64,000 nucleotides of DNA. Origin: the human T2T-CHM13v2.0 reference genome, Homo sapiens. Below, one piece after another: positions 62,696 to 64,000 of this stretch (position 1 is the stretch's first letter; each line of letters starts with the position of its first letter). The notes below the pieces were generated by a model, which made no database searches, was not told the DNA's origin, and worked only from the letters and a program-made list of their open reading frames with translations. The DNA is taken from assembly GCF_009914755.1 (NCBI RefSeq), contig NC_060931.1; one strand, written 5' to 3'. Both the position numbers and the translations under genes were made by a program.

Positions 62696-64000
62696 TCACC
62701 CTCATTTTCACTGGCCTCCTCCCTCCTGTTTCGCAGAGGCAACTCCCAGCGAGGGTAGGAGGCAACAGGTGAGGGATACCAGGTAGAGCTGCGCCAGGTG
62801 CATGGGGCAGGGGGTTGGGGGGGGGCGGTGGTTAGAGGTGTGTCTAGAGGGCCACGGTGCTCCTGGAGTACACTGAGCAGGACAGGAGATGCCGCCATGC
62901 AGACAATGGAGACACCCGAGGGACCCTGAGCTCAGCACTACATCCCACATTGCAGTGATGGATGTGTACCAAACACATTCCTGAGTCATAGAGTACAAAC
63001 AGAAAGCTCACGAAACTTGGAGAGTCTAGTTTTCTGCTTTTACGAGAAACGGATAGACATCAAGGAAACCACTGTTCCTGCCCGAGCTGCACTCGAAAAG
63101 CCCCACGGCAGGACACGGGCCTGCATCCGGATTCAACATACTCTAAGATTCAAAACGCCCTCAATCTAGGAGAATTTAGTCCTGCTCAGCAGCATTTTGG
63201 TGGCAGCGATTTTTCTTGTCTCAGCGTGACAAGGAGCAGTGAGGCAGCGTGGAAACGACACAACTGTGAGCCATGATCCCTGTGAAGATGAAGCCACGCA
63301 ACACGCCCTTCACTGTGGGGGCAGAAAGAAAGAACTGTGTTCCATGTTGTGATGGTTTTTAATACTCTTGCTGTGAGGAAGAGAGTAACTAAGTTAATCA
63401 ACCACCTACTTAATTAACCAACTAACCAGCATCCCTCATTCTAGATCAACAAGGATAGCAGCAGAGGATTCTAGGTAGACAGGACTGGCTCTAGGTCATT
63501 CCAGGCACAGCTTGCAGGGGTTAGCTGATTCCCCAGTGATTTCTGGGGTCCTACAGGAAGGACCCGGGGGTCCCAGGGTCAGCTGACCTCCTGGAGAGCT
63601 TCAGACGCCCAGACCCACCCTTCCCATGATAGCTCCTGCTGCATGGGGCAAACCCACCAGATCAACCCGCAAGACAGGAGGCCCCTCCCTGGGAAATCTA
63701 TGGGGGCCGCTGTGAGGAAGCCTCGAAGCCTCAATTCTAAGCGTGCTGCTGAGGCACTCAGCAAATGTCTCTGGCTTCCTAGTAAGTGGCAGGGATCTAA
63801 ACAATGCTTTCTGCCCTCAGGAAGGTGGAAAGTTCCTCCCCCTCTCAAGTTCATACACAGGGACACAGGGAGGGAACAAGAGGCTTCCCCTGAACAGGGG
63901 TGGTTTACAACAGGCTGATCTTAAGAAAGGAATGGGGCACACAGAGTCAGAGAACTGGGCTCATTCAGATCCCTAACTGTTCCCAGACTTTAAGAATTTA

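Overview
Human-type, Alu-dense genomic DNA. A near-consensus AluYb-lineage element at 8740 points to Homo sapiens. The window lies in the 5' part of tensin 3 (TNS3) on the minus strand. The only firmly recognisable exon is 13256-13367 (112 nt). It translates as PEELTSSLHAFKNKAFKKSKVCGVCKQIIDGQGISCR, the first two-thirds of an atypical PKC-type C1 zinc finger, and to my knowledge the canonical TNS3 mRNA treats it as 5'UTR. Upstream in the long intron are three candidate alternative first exons: 21287-21364 (in a CpG island), 23284-23334 and 41288-41371. Each has an ATG and a phase-0 donor that would splice in frame onto the C1 exon with a different leader peptide, so promoter choice may decide whether tensin 3 carries a C1 domain and which N-terminal tag. 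The rest is intronic: about 33 Alus, a full-length Tigger1 with four Alus inside it, MER52/THE1/MLT LTRs, old L1/L2/MIR/MER fragments, and several tandem repeats, including a STAT6-motif VNTR and a perfect 67-bp duplication. Gene identity and repeat subfamily names come from sequence recognition, not database searches. Nearly all ORFs in the supplied track are repeat- or GC-derived noise.
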